64,000 nt of DNA. Source: Brevundimonas sp. (lineage in GTDB: Bacteria; Pseudomonadota; Alphaproteobacteria; Caulobacterales; Caulobacteraceae). A program made the translations under genes and the position numbers. Where the stretch lies: NCBI RefSeq assembly GCF_041648615.1, contig NZ_JBAZOS010000012.1, forward strand, positions 225-64,224. Reading direction: 5' to 3'. The stretch's first letter is position 1; each line of letters opens with the position of its first letter. The notes below the pieces were generated by a model that saw nothing but the letters and a program-made list of their open reading frames with translations, had not been told where the DNA came from and made no database searches. Of the stretch, positions 1-8,399 are shown piece by piece.

Positions 1-3
1 GAT

Positions 4-456
4 ATGAACGCACCAATCCGGAAAATCGCAGCGATGACGGCGGCGGTCCTGCTGACGGGGGGGCTGACGGCCTGCGCCGGCGCCTTCAACGCCGAGACCG
101 ACGCCAGTTCGCCGGTGGCGCCGCGGGTTCAGGCGCTGGTCGATGCGAATCGCGAATACCCGCGCTGGGCCGACTTCCCCAGGGTGACCGAGCCCGTGCC
201 GGAGCCCGTCGCGATCGCGGCCCAGGTCAATACGTTGCGGGTGACGGGCGGCGGTCTGGCGGGCGAGGTCTCGCGCATCGACTGGCAGGAGACGGGCGAT
301 CCCGCGGTCTTCGCGGCCGAGGTCCAGGCGCGGCTCAATGCGGTCACGGTCGCACCCGTGACGGCCGAGACCCAGGCCGAGATGGAAGAATTCATCCGGC
401 GCACCCGCGAACGCGGTCGCGCCCCGCCGCCGGTGGATCGCCGCCCCGCCCAATAG
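4..456 (+). CDS. Hypothetical lipoprotein
   Basis: N-terminal basic/hydrophobic signal ending in lipobox LTAC; GC3-rich codons; same strand as glpX. Confidence 0.7.
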   Translation: MNAPIRKIAAMTAAVLLTGGLTACAGAFNAETDASSPVAPRVQALVDANREYPRWADFPRVTEPVPEPVAIAAQVNTLRVTGGGLAGEVSRIDWQETGDPAVFAAEVQARLNAVTVAPVTAETQAEMEEFIRRTRERGRAPPPVDRRPAQ

Positions 457-508
457 AACAGTCGCCCGGACGGCAGAATCCGGGGATCATCGTCCAAGGA
501 GAACGCCC

Positions 509-1465
509 ATGGCCGCTTCGGCTCCCTATGCTTCCACGCTTGCCGCCGACGCCGCGCGGGTGACCGAGCTGGCCGCCATCGCCAGCTATGCCCAGATCGG
601 CCGCGGCGACGAGAAGGCGGCGGACCAGCTGGCCGTCGACGCCATGCGCACGGCGCTGAACGCCCTGGATATCGACGGCAAGATCGTCATCGGCGAGGGC
701 GAGCGCGACGAGGCGCCGATGCTGTACATCGGCGAGAAGGTCGGCACCGGGAAGGGCCCGGCCATCGACATCGCCCTCGATCCGCTGGAAGGCACGACCC
801 TGACGGCCAAGGCCATGGCCAATGCGTTGTGCGTGCTGTCGATGTCGCCGGGCGGCGGCATGCTGCATGCGCCCGACACCTATATGGACAAGATCGCCAT
901 CGGCCCGGGCTTCGCCCCGGGAACGGTCGATCTGGACATGAAACCCCAGGACAATGTCCGCTCGCTGGCCTCGGCCAAGGGGGTGAGCCCGTCCGACATC
1001 ACCGTCTGCGTCATGGACCGCCCGCGCCACGCCGAGTTGATCGCGGCCCTGCGCGAGGTCGGGGCCAAGGTGGTGCTGATCACCGACGGCGACGTGGCCG
1101 GCGTGATCCACACGGCCGAGCCCGAGACGGGCATCGACCTGTATCTGGGCTCGGGCGGGGCGCCGGAAGGCGTGCTGGCGGCCAGCGCGCTGAAATGCGT
1201 CGGCGGCCATTTCCAGGGGCGGCTGATCTTCCGCAACGACGACGAGCGGGAGCGGGCGCGCAAGACGGGCGTCACCGATTTCGACCGCAAATACGACCTG
1301 CACGAGCTGGTGTCGAAGGACGCCATCTTCGCCGCCACGGGCGTGACCAAGGGCGCCATGCTGGACGGGGTCAAGGTCGCCGGCGGCTTCGTCTCGACCC
1401 ATACGCTGGTGATGGATTCCTCGACGCGGACGGTCCAGCGCATCCGCACCATCCGGCCCCTCTGA
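509..1465 (+). CDS. glpX: Class II fructose-1,6-bisphosphatase
   Basis: Motifs VIGEGERDEAPML, DPLEGT, DGDV, GGAPEGV; RBS AAGGAG upstream. Confidence 0.96.
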   Translation: MAASAPYASTLAADAARVTELAAIASYAQIGRGDEKAADQLAVDAMRTALNALDIDGKIVIGEGERDEAPMLYIGEKVGTGKGPAIDIALDPLEGTTLTAKAMANALCVLSMSPGGGMLHAPDTYMDKIAIGPGFAPGTVDLDMKPQDNVRSLASAKGVSPSDITVCVMDRPRHAELIAALREVGAKVVLITDGDVAGVIHTAEPETGIDLYLGSGGAPEGVLAASALKCVGGHFQGRLIFRNDDERERARKTGVTDFDRKYDLHELVSKDAIFAATGVTKGAMLDGVKVAGGFVSTHTLVMDSSTRTVQRIRTIRPL

Positions 1466-3279
1466 TGGCCGACGGGGGCGCGGTCCCGGACTTCGGGTCC
1501 GCGTTCCTGGGCGTGTCCCGCTCGCTGTCCGGCCGGGCGTGGCGGCAGAGGCCCGCCGAGGCCGGGCTGATCCGCAGCCATATGCAGACCCTGGGTCTGG
1601 AGGAGCCGCTGGCCCGGGCGCTGGCGGCGCGGGGCGTGCGGGCCGACCAGGGCGCGGACTTCCTGCAGCCGACGCTGAAGGCGCTGTTCCCCGATCCGTC
1701 CAGTTTCATGGACATGGACGCGGCGGCCGAGGCGATTCTGGACGCCCTGCAGGCGCAGGTCCCCATCCATGTCTTCGCCGACTATGACGTCGACGGAGCG
1801 TCGAGCGCAGCCCTGCTGGTGCGCTGGTTCCGGGCCGTGGGGGCGGAGCTGCCCATCTATGTGCCGGACCGGATGACCGAGGGGTACGGCCCCAGCGCGC
1901 GGGCCTTCGACACGCTGAAGGCCTCGGGCGCCGAACTGGTCATCACCGTCGACTGCGGCGCGGCGGCCAATGAGGCGGTGGCCCATGCGGCGGCGATCGG
2001 ACTGAAGGTCGTGGTCATCGACCATCACATGATGCGCGAGCATCCGCCGGTCTGCGCCGCCGTGGTCAATCCGAACCGGCCGGGCTGCAACTCGGGGCAG
2101 GGCAATCTGGCGGCGGCGGGGGTGGTGTTCGTCCTGCTGGCGGCGCTGAACCGCGAGGCGCGGCGGCGCGGCATGTTCGCCGATGTGAAGGAGCCGGACA
2201 TCCGCCAGTGGCTGGATCTGGCGGCCATGGGGGCGATCTGCGACGTCACCGGCCTGACGGGTTTCAACCGGGCCCTGACCAGCCTCGGGCTGCGGCGGAT
2301 GTCGGAGTGGAGCAATCCGGGCCTGCGGGCGCTGCTGGCGGCGGCCGGGGTCGAGCCGGGGCCGGCCAAGTCGAACCATGCGGGCTTCATCCTCGGGCCG
2401 CGGATCAATGCGGGCGGGCGGATCGGCAGGTCGGACCTCGGCGCGCGCCTGCTGTCGACGGACGATCCCGCCGAGGCGGCGGCGCTGGCGCAGGAGCTGG
2501 ACGCCCTCAACATCGCCCGCCGCGAGGTCGAGCGGCAGGTGACGGATCAGGCCACGCGGATGGTCGAGGCGACCGGCGCCCATGCCGACGGCTCGGCCGT
2601 GGTGGTGATCGAGGGCGATGACTGGCATCCGGGCGTGGTCGGCATCGTGGCCGGGCGGCTGCGCGAGCGCTGGCGCAAGCCGGTGGTGGTGATCGGCGTC
2701 GATGCGGTCAACGGCGTGGGCAAGGGCTCGGGCCGGTCGCAGCCGGGCATGAACCTGGGCAAGGCCGTGCAGGCCGCCTGGGAGACCGGCGTGCTGATGG
2801 CCGGGGGCGGGCACGCCATGGCGGCCGGGCTGACGGTGCGGGCCGCCGACATCGGCCGGCTGCGGGACTTTCTCAATGAGCGAATGGCGGGCGAGCAGGC
2901 GGCGGCGGATGCGCTGGACCTGGTCGAGATCGACGCCCTGATCGATCCGGGCGCGGCGACGCGGGCCCTGTTCGAACAGTTCGAGCAGCTGGCGCCGTTC
3001 GGACCGGCCAATCCCGAGCCGTTGTTCGCCCTGGAGCATGTGGCGGTGCGTGACGCCGTGGCCATGAACGGCGGCCATGTCCGCTGCCGCCTGGTCGGGG
3101 CCGACGGGGCCTCGGTCAAGGCCATCGCCTGGCGCTGCGCCGACCTGCCGGGGGGGCAGTCGCTGCTGGCCGGGCAGGGCGGGCTGAGCGTGGTCGGGCG
3201 GCTGAAGGCCGACGACTGGAACGGCCGCAAGGGCGTGCAATTCGAGATCGAGGACGTGGCCGATCCGCGGATGGTGTGA
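1465..3279 (+). CDS. recJ: ssDNA-specific exonuclease RecJ
   Basis: DYDVDG, TVDCG, DHH, GPRINAGGRIG, GGHAMAAG, PFGPANP motifs; ATG overlaps the glpX stop (TGATG), which I prefer over the ORF-track start at 829. Confidence 0.95.
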   Translation: MADGGAVPDFGSAFLGVSRSLSGRAWRQRPAEAGLIRSHMQTLGLEEPLARALAARGVRADQGADFLQPTLKALFPDPSSFMDMDAAAEAILDALQAQVPIHVFADYDVDGASSAALLVRWFRAVGAELPIYVPDRMTEGYGPSARAFDTLKASGAELVITVDCGAAANEAVAHAAAIGLKVVVIDHHMMREHPPVCAAVVNPNRPGCNSGQGNLAAAGVVFVLLAALNREARRRGMFADVKEPDIRQWLDLAAMGAICDVTGLTGFNRALTSLGLRRMSEWSNPGLRALLAAAGVEPGPAKSNHAGFILGPRINAGGRIGRSDLGARLLSTDDPAEAAALAQELDALNIARREVERQVTDQATRMVEATGAHADGSAVVVIEGDDWHPGVVGIVAGRLRERWRKPVVVIGVDAVNGVGKGSGRSQPGMNLGKAVQAAWETGVLMAGGGHAMAAGLTVRAADIGRLRDFLNERMAGEQAAADALDLVEIDALIDPGAATRALFEQFEQLAPFGPANPEPLFALEHVAVRDAVAMNGGHVRCRLVGADGASVKAIAWRCADLPGGQSLLAGQGGLSVVGRLKADDWNGRKGVQFEIEDVADPRMV

Positions 3280-3306
3280 AGGCGATGCAAATGGGCGGTG
3301 AAGGGG

Positions 3307-3335
3307 TTGCACGCCCCGGAATCGGCGGCTATATC
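3307..3335 (+). promoter_or_regulatory. Putative sigma70 promoter of tRNA-Glu
   Basis: TTGCAC (3307-3312) and GCTATATC (3328-3335) resemble the Caulobacter housekeeping -35/-10 consensus, just upstream of the tRNA. Confidence 0.55.
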
Positions 3336-3353
3336 GCCCGCTCTCCGCGCAGC

Positions 3354-3428
3354 GGTCCCTTCGTCTATCGGTTAGGACGTCAGGTTTTCAACCTGAAAAG
3401 AGGGGTTCGACTCCCCTAGGGACTGCCA
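3354..3428 (+). tRNA. tRNA-Glu (TTC)
   Basis: Acceptor GGTCCCT/AGGGACT, anticodon arm TCAGG-TTTTCAA-CCTGA, T-loop GGTTCGACTCC, encoded CCA. Confidence 0.96.
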
Positions 3429-3542
3429 GCGCGGAGCCTTCCCCTTTTTCGCTGTCGACCCGTCGCGGCGCCGGGCCTTTCATGGTCTGGTGCGTTGGAA
3501 CGTCGCGTCCGGCGGTCGGGCGAGGGAAGCCGGTTGATCCAG

Positions 3543-3962
3543 ATGTCCGAAAATCCGACCTCGACGCCGCCCCGCGATCCGCCTCCGGGCGGCGGACTCG
3601 AGGCCATATTGATGGTTGAGGATAACGCCGAGGTCCGGCTGATGGGCGCGACCCTGCTGGAGGAGGCCGGATTCGCGGTTCATCAGGCCGGCGACGCCGA
3701 TGAGGCTTTGGCGCTGGTCCGGGAAGGCCTGGCGTTCGACCTGTTGTTCACCGACATCATCATGCCGGGCGAGATGGACGGGGTGGCCCTGGCCGCCGAG
3801 GTGCGCCGGCTGCGGCCCGGGACGCCGGTGCTGCTGACAACCGGCTGGGGCGATCGCGCCGAGAACCGGGACGGGCTGGAATTGATCGGCAAACCCTATC
3901 GCAGCCTGGACCTGACGCGGAAAATTCGCGCCGTTCTGGACCCGCCGGAAAGCCCGGTCTGA
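3543..3962 (+). CDS. Single-domain response regulator (receiver only)
   Basis: VEDN acidic pocket, LFTDIIMPG phospho-Asp, TTG and KPY; start uncertain (3495 or 3543). Confidence 0.85.
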   Translation: MSENPTSTPPRDPPPGGGLEAILMVEDNAEVRLMGATLLEEAGFAVHQAGDADEALALVREGLAFDLLFTDIIMPGEMDGVALAAEVRRLRPGTPVLLTTGWGDRAENRDGLELIGKPYRSLDLTRKIRAVLDPPESPV

Positions 3963-3974
3963 CAGGGAAAAGGC

Positions 3975-4001
3975 AACTCCGGCGGGAAACCGGGGTTTTT
4001 T
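3975..4001 (+). terminator. Rho-independent terminator
   Basis: AACTCCGG-loop-CCGGGGTT stem followed by a T run after the receiver gene. Confidence 0.6.
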
Positions 4002-4071
4002 ACTTTTCCGGCCTTCACAGAACCGTGTTAAATAAGCGCCGTCCGCAAGGGTCGCGGGCAGGGGGAAGGCT

Positions 4072-4641
4072 GTGTCTGACTACGAGGGCGTTGGGACGAT
4101 TGCCGCCGCGGTGCGTATCGCGGGGCGGGTGAAGTGGTTCGATCCCGGCAAGGGATACGGCTTTATCGTGCCTGACGATCCCAGCCTGACCGACATGAAG
4201 GATGTGTTGCTGCACATCTCCAGCCTGCGCGACAGCGGGCGGGATACGGCGCCGGAAGGCGCGCCGATTACCTGCGACGCCGCCCGGCGCCCCAAGGGCT
4301 GGCAGGTCACCGAGGTGCATGACCTGGGCGAGGGCGATCCCGATCTGGCCCCGGCGCCCCGGCGCAGCGGCTATGAGGGCCTGAGGCAGCAGGAAGCGTC
4401 GCGGGTCGCCGAGGGCGCGTCCGGAGGCGCTCCGTTGGAGATGGCCGTCGTAAAATGGTTCAATCGCACCAAGGGCTACGGATTCGTGGTGCGCGAAGGC
4501 GCGCCGGGCGATATCTTCGTCCATGTCGAGACGTTGCGCCGCTGCGGCCTGGATGATCTCCTGCCCGGCGAAACGGTCGCGGTGCGGTTCGCCGAAGGCC
4601 CCAAGGGGCTGGTGGTCGCGGAAATCAGGCCGGGCGGATGA
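4072..4641 (+). CDS. cspD: Two-domain cold-shock protein (Caulobacter CspD/CspC type)
   Basis: Two CSDs: [13 protein letters not shown]...DVLLH and [13 protein letters not shown]...DIFVH; symbol inferred from the recJ-cspD-DUF192 context. Confidence 0.85.
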   Translation: MSDYEGVGTIAAAVRIAGRVKWFDPGKGYGFIVPDDPSLTDMKDVLLHISSLRDSGRDTAPEGAPITCDAARRPKGWQVTEVHDLGEGDPDLAPAPRRSGYEGLRQQEASRVAEGASGGAPLEMAVVKWFNRTKGYGFVVREGAPGDIFVHVETLRRCGLDDLLPGETVAVRFAEGPKGLVVAEIRPGG

Positions 4642-4668
4642 TCCATCCGCCCCGATGAGGGTGGATGC

Positions 4669-5142
4669 GTGATGCTACGTCGTGGAATACTGGCCGTCCT
4701 GTCCACCGCCGTGTTGCTGGCCGCCTGCGCCGGCGCGGGGACGCCCAAGGACGCGAATGGCAATCCGCTGGAAGCCCTGACCATCACCACGGCCAGCGGC
4801 GAACACCGCTTCATGGTCGAGATCGCGGACGACGAGGCCGAGCGTCAGCGCGGACTGATGTTCCGCGATCCGCTGGCCGACGACCGCGGCATGCTGTTCC
4901 AGTTCCCCGACGTGGCCGAGCGCGGCTTCTGGATGCGCAATACGCCCAGTCCGCTGGACATCATCTATATCGACCCGCGCGGGCGGATCGTCTCGATCGC
5001 GAAGAACGCCACACCGCAGTCGGACACGGTCATTCCGTCGAACGGGCCGGCCAGCGGAGTGCTGGAACTGCGGGCCGGGCGGGCCGATGAGATCGGAGCC
5101 AGGGCCGGCGACAGGGTGCGCCACCCCTTCTTCGCAGAATAA
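4669..5142 (+). CDS. DUF192 family lipoprotein
   Basis: Lipobox LAAC; VEIAD...GLMFR...GMLF...FWMRNT..PLDII..VLEL pattern typical of DUF192. Confidence 0.88.
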   Translation: MMLRRGILAVLSTAVLLAACAGAGTPKDANGNPLEALTITTASGEHRFMVEIADDEAERQRGLMFRDPLADDRGMLFQFPDVAERGFWMRNTPSPLDIIYIDPRGRIVSIAKNATPQSDTVIPSNGPASGVLELRAGRADEIGARAGDRVRHPFFAE

Positions 5143-5192
5143 GCAGACCGGGCGCGTTGCGGCGCGGCGTCGAGTGTGTCAAATCCCGCCGC

Positions 5193-5269
<77 letters not shown>

Positions 5270-5360
5270 ATATTCTAGAGGCGCTATCGCTCGCGACGCG
5301 GTCGCTCGCTGCTTGAGCGCATTGTATGAGGCGTCGTCGCCTCGCCAGATGAGAACCGCC

Positions 5361-5666
5361 ATGCTCGCCCGCATCTACCGCCCCGCCAAGACCGCGATGC
5401 AGTCGGGCAAGGCCAAGACGATGGACTGGCGGCTGGAGTTCGAACCGGCGTCGGCGAGGACGATCGATCCGCTGATGGGCTGGACCAGTTCGTCCGACAT
5501 GAACGGCCAGGTGCGCCTGACCTTCGATACGGCCGAGGAGGCGGTGGCCTATGCCGAGCGGCACGGGATTCCGTTCAGACTGCACGAGCCGCAGGACCCG
5601 CCGGTGATCCTCAAGGCCTATGCCGACAATTTCGCCACCTATCGCAAGGTGCCGTGGACGCACTGA
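5361..5666 (+). CDS. ETC complex I subunit (NDUFS4-like)
   Basis: ARIYRPAKTAMQSG...W.LEF...DPLMGWTSS.D...YADNF; alternative ATG at 5349. Confidence 0.9.
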   Translation: MLARIYRPAKTAMQSGKAKTMDWRLEFEPASARTIDPLMGWTSSSDMNGQVRLTFDTAEEAVAYAERHGIPFRLHEPQDPPVILKAYADNFATYRKVPWTH

Positions 5667-5669
5667 ACC

Positions 5670-5744
5670 TTGTTGCGGCTACCGCGCTTCGCGCTACTTG
5701 AGCCGCGCTGTTGTTCGGCCACCACGCTTCGCGCTAGTGAGCCG
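5670..5744. repeat. Imperfect ~35-bp tandem direct repeat (2 copies)
   Basis: TTGTTGCGGCTACCGCGCTTCGCGCTACTTGAGCCG (5670-5705) versus TTGTTCGGCCACCACGCTTCGCGCTAGTGAGCCG (5711-5744). Confidence 0.75.
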
Positions 5745-5748
5745 TCGG

Positions 5749-5825
5749 GCGCCCATAGCTCAACCGGATAGAGCACCCGCCTTCTAAGCGGGATGTTGCA
5801 GGTTCGAGTCCTGCTGGGCGCGCCA
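5749..5825 (+). tRNA. tRNA-Arg (TCT)
   Basis: GCGCCCA/TGGGCGC acceptor, arm CCCGC-CTTCTAA-GCGGG, GGTTCGAGTCC, CCA. Confidence 0.96.
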
Positions 5826-5844
5826 TCCCTGAGTCCGCCGAACC

Positions 5845-5869
5845 TGAACCGCGCCGTCGCCCGTGCATT
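5845..5869 (+). promoter_or_regulatory. Putative SigT/EcfG-type promoter of xth
   Basis: TGAAC-N16-CATT, with 8 nt between it and the ATG at 5878. Confidence 0.55.
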
Positions 5870-5877
5870 GAGGGGCG

Positions 5878-6651
5878 ATGCGGATCGCGACCTTCAACAT
5901 CAACGGCGTCAATACGCGGCTGCCGAACCTGCTGGCGTGGCTGGATGAAACGCGGCCGGACGTGGCCTGTCTGCAGGAGCTGAAGGCGACCGACGCGCAG
6001 TTCCCCGCGGCGGCCATCCGCGACGCCGGCTATCACGCCGTGTGGAAGGGCGAGCCTCGCTGGAACGGGGTGGCGATCCTGTCGCGGGGCGGCGAGCCGA
6101 TGGTGACGCGACGCGGCCTGCCCGGCGACGATGGCGACGACCAGAGCCGCTATATCGAGGCGGCGGTGGACGGCGTGCTGATCGGCTGCCTGTATCTGCC
6201 CAACGGCAATCCGCAGCCGGGACCGAAGTTCGACTACAAGCTGGCCTGGTTCGAGCGGCTGATCGCCCATGCGGAGGGTCTGCTGGCCAGCGGGGCGCCG
6301 ACGGTGCTGGCGGGGGACTACAATGTCGTGCCGACCGAGGCGGACATCTACAACAGCCGCTCGTGGAAGAAGAACGCCCTGCTTCAGCCGGAGAGCCGCG
6401 CGGCCTGGGCGCGGCTGCTGGCGCAGGGCTGGACGGACGCGCTGCGGGAGCGGTTCCCGCACGATCCGCCCCCGTGGACCTTCTGGCAGTATTTTCGCCA
6501 GGCGTGGGAGCGGGACGCCGGGCTGCGGATCGACCACCTGCTGCTGAGCCCCTCCGTGGCCGGGCGGCTGAGCGACGCGGGGGTGGACCGGGAGGTGCGG
6601 GGGCAGGACCGGGCCAGCGACCATGCGCCGACCTGGATCGTGCTGGACTGA
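5878..6651 (+). CDS. xth: Exodeoxyribonuclease III / AP endonuclease
   Basis: IATFNING, CLQELK, YLPNG, GDYN, RIDHLL, SDHAP motifs. Confidence 0.95.
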   Translation: MRIATFNINGVNTRLPNLLAWLDETRPDVACLQELKATDAQFPAAAIRDAGYHAVWKGEPRWNGVAILSRGGEPMVTRRGLPGDDGDDQSRYIEAAVDGVLIGCLYLPNGNPQPGPKFDYKLAWFERLIAHAEGLLASGAPTVLAGDYNVVPTEADIYNSRSWKKNALLQPESRAAWARLLAQGWTDALRERFPHDPPPWTFWQYFRQAWERDAGLRIDHLLLSPSVAGRLSDAGVDREVRGQDRASDHAPTWIVLD

Positions 6652-6673
6652 ACCGCGGCGCAGCTTGACCGTT
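6649..6673 (+). promoter_or_regulatory. Putative SigT/EcfG-type promoter of the hypothetical gene
   Basis: TGAAC-N16-CGTT, with 8 nt between it and the ATG at 6682. Confidence 0.6.
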
Positions 6674-6681
6674 GAGAACGC

Positions 6682-7149
6682 ATGGCGCGCGCACTGAAGG
6701 TCTTCTCATATTCCGACGGCTTCCATTCGTGGACCGTGGCGGCGACGTCGCGGGCCAGGGCCCTGGAAGCCTGGGGCGTCAAGCGGGACCTGTTCAAGGA
6801 CGGTTCGGCGGTGGAGGCGGCGGAGGGCCCGGACCGGGAGGCCGCGCTGCAGGCGCCGGGCGAACTGATCGAACGGGGGCTTTCCGTCGACATCGGCAGG
6901 GTGGAGAAGACCCGGGTTCCGAAACCGCCGAAGCCGCGCGGGCCGAGCGCGAAGGATCAGGCGCGGGTCGAGGCGCTGGAGGGCGAGCTGGCGGAACTGG
7001 ACGCGGCCCGGGCGGAGGAGACGCAGGCGCTGGAGGCGCGGCGGACCGGGCTGGAGCAAGAGGCGGCGGCGCTGGCGAAACGGCAGGCGAAGACGGCGGA
7101 TGCGCTGCGGGCGAAGCTCAGGGCGGCCCGGGCGAAACTCAGCGGTTAG
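6682..7149 (+). CDS. Hypothetical protein with C-terminal coiled coil
   Basis: N-terminal LKVF..GF...VAA.S...ALEAWG...LF domain, Pro/Lys linker, E/A/L-rich helical tail; GC3-rich codons. Confidence 0.75.
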   Translation: MARALKVFSYSDGFHSWTVAATSRARALEAWGVKRDLFKDGSAVEAAEGPDREAALQAPGELIERGLSVDIGRVEKTRVPKPPKPRGPSAKDQARVEALEGELAELDAARAEETQALEARRTGLEQEAAALAKRQAKTADALRAKLRAARAKLSG

Positions 7150-8311
7150 CGATCCGCCAGGCGGCGAGGCCGGCTTCGAGGTCGGCGATGAGATCGGCGG
7201 GCGCCTCGAGGCCGATATGGAGGCGCAACAGCTGGCCCGCCAGAACGGGGGGTGTGTCGCGGAAGGCGAGCTGGCCGGTCTCGTGGGTGATCAGGCTTTC
7301 GAACCCGCCCCAGGAATAGCCGAGGCCGAACAGTTCGAGCGCCGACATCAGGGCGTGGGCGGCGGCCTCGTCGCCCCCCTGCATGACGACCCCGAACAGG
7401 GAGGCGGCGCCGGTGTAGTCGCGGCGCCAGAGGTCGTGACCGACCGAGCCCGGCAGGGCGGGCCAGAGGATGCGCGCGACCTCGGGGCGGGCCTGGAGCC
7501 AGGTCGCCACGAGGGCGGCCGACCGGGCCTGTTCCTCGTAGCGCAGGGGCAGGGTGCGGGCGCCGCGCAGGGCCAGCCAGGCCTCGTCGGCGGAGACCCG
7601 CCAGCCGAGATCCTCGATCGTTTCGAAAACGGCGCGGCCGACCTGGGCGTCGGCGAGGGCGATGGAGCCCATCAGCAGGTCGGAATGGCCGCCGACGTAT
7701 TTGGTCACGGCCTGGACGCTGACGTCGACGCCGTGCGCGAGCGGGCGGAAGGCGAGGCCCGCGGCCCAGGTGTTGTCCATGACGGTGCGGATTCCGCGGG
7801 CGCGGCAGGCGGCGGCGAGGGCGGGAACGTCCAGCATCTCGAAGGTCAGGGAGGCGGGCGACTCGATCAGCAGGACGCGGGTGCGGTCGCCCAGCCGGGC
7901 GAGGATGTCGTCGGTCGAGGCGTCCGGCGTGTGGAACACCGTGGTCACGCCGCGCGCCTTCATGTGCCGGGTCAGGAAGCGGCGACTGGGGCCGTAGAGG
8001 GCGTCGCTGGTCACGACCTCGTCGCCGGGGCGGAGCAGGGCGGTCAGGGGCACGGTGACGGCGGCGAGGCCGGAGGGGACGAGGAAGGCGGCCGCCGCAT
8101 CCTCGAGCTCCGCGAGGGCGGCGCGCAGTTCGCGGGCCGCGCTCAGGTCCTCGATGCCGTAGACGGGGCCGAGCGCGCCATCGCGCATGGCCGCGGGTGT
8201 GTCGTTAAGCAGGGTGGAGGCCCGCTCGACCGGCGGGGCGACGCCGCGGCGGCCACGGCCGCGCCGGGTGGCGGAGGCGATCAGTCGGGTGCGGTCGCTG
8301 CGGTCGGACAT
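7139..8311 (-). CDS. metC: Cystathionine beta-lyase
   Basis: PPVERAST, SGLAA, ESPAS, DNTWA, TKYVGGHSD (PLP Lys), GYSWGGFES, RLHIGLE; start set at MSDRS. Confidence 0.92.
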   Translation of the reverse strand: MSDRSDRTRLIASATRRGRGRRGVAPPVERASTLLNDTPAAMRDGALGPVYGIEDLSAARELRAALAELEDAAAAFLVPSGLAAVTVPLTALLRPGDEVVTSDALYGPSRRFLTRHMKARGVTTVFHTPDASTDDILARLGDRTRVLLIESPASLTFEMLDVPALAAACRARGIRTVMDNTWAAGLAFRPLAHGVDVSVQAVTKYVGGHSDLLMGSIALADAQVGRAVFETIEDLGWRVSADEAWLALRGARTLPLRYEEQARSAALVATWLQARPEVARILWPALPGSVGHDLWRRDYTGAASLFGVVMQGGDEAAAHALMSALELFGLGYSWGGFESLITHETGQLAFRDTPPVLAGQLLRLHIGLEAPADLIADLEAGLAAWRIANR

Positions 8312-8399
8312 GGGGGCCGTGGCAAGACTTGCGGTTCGGTCTGCAAAAGCCTCTAAAGCGAGGCGGGGCGCAAGGTCTGACAGACTTCGGCGAGGCGGC

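Noticed and set aside
880-3312. 810-aa minus-strand ORF and many other long overlapping ORFs (e.g. 29344-32538, 35342-37765, 14480-16537)
   Set aside because: Antisense or alternate-frame shadows of recognisable genes, expected in high-GC DNA; R/G/P-rich or mirror-codon composition with no motifs
4039-4057. Possible SpdR/RegR box upstream of cspD
   Set aside because: Only the GTCGCGG half-site matches; the other half is absent
5670-5744. Repeat pair as a mini CRISPR array
   Set aside because: Only two degenerate copies with a 5-nt gap, and no cas genes
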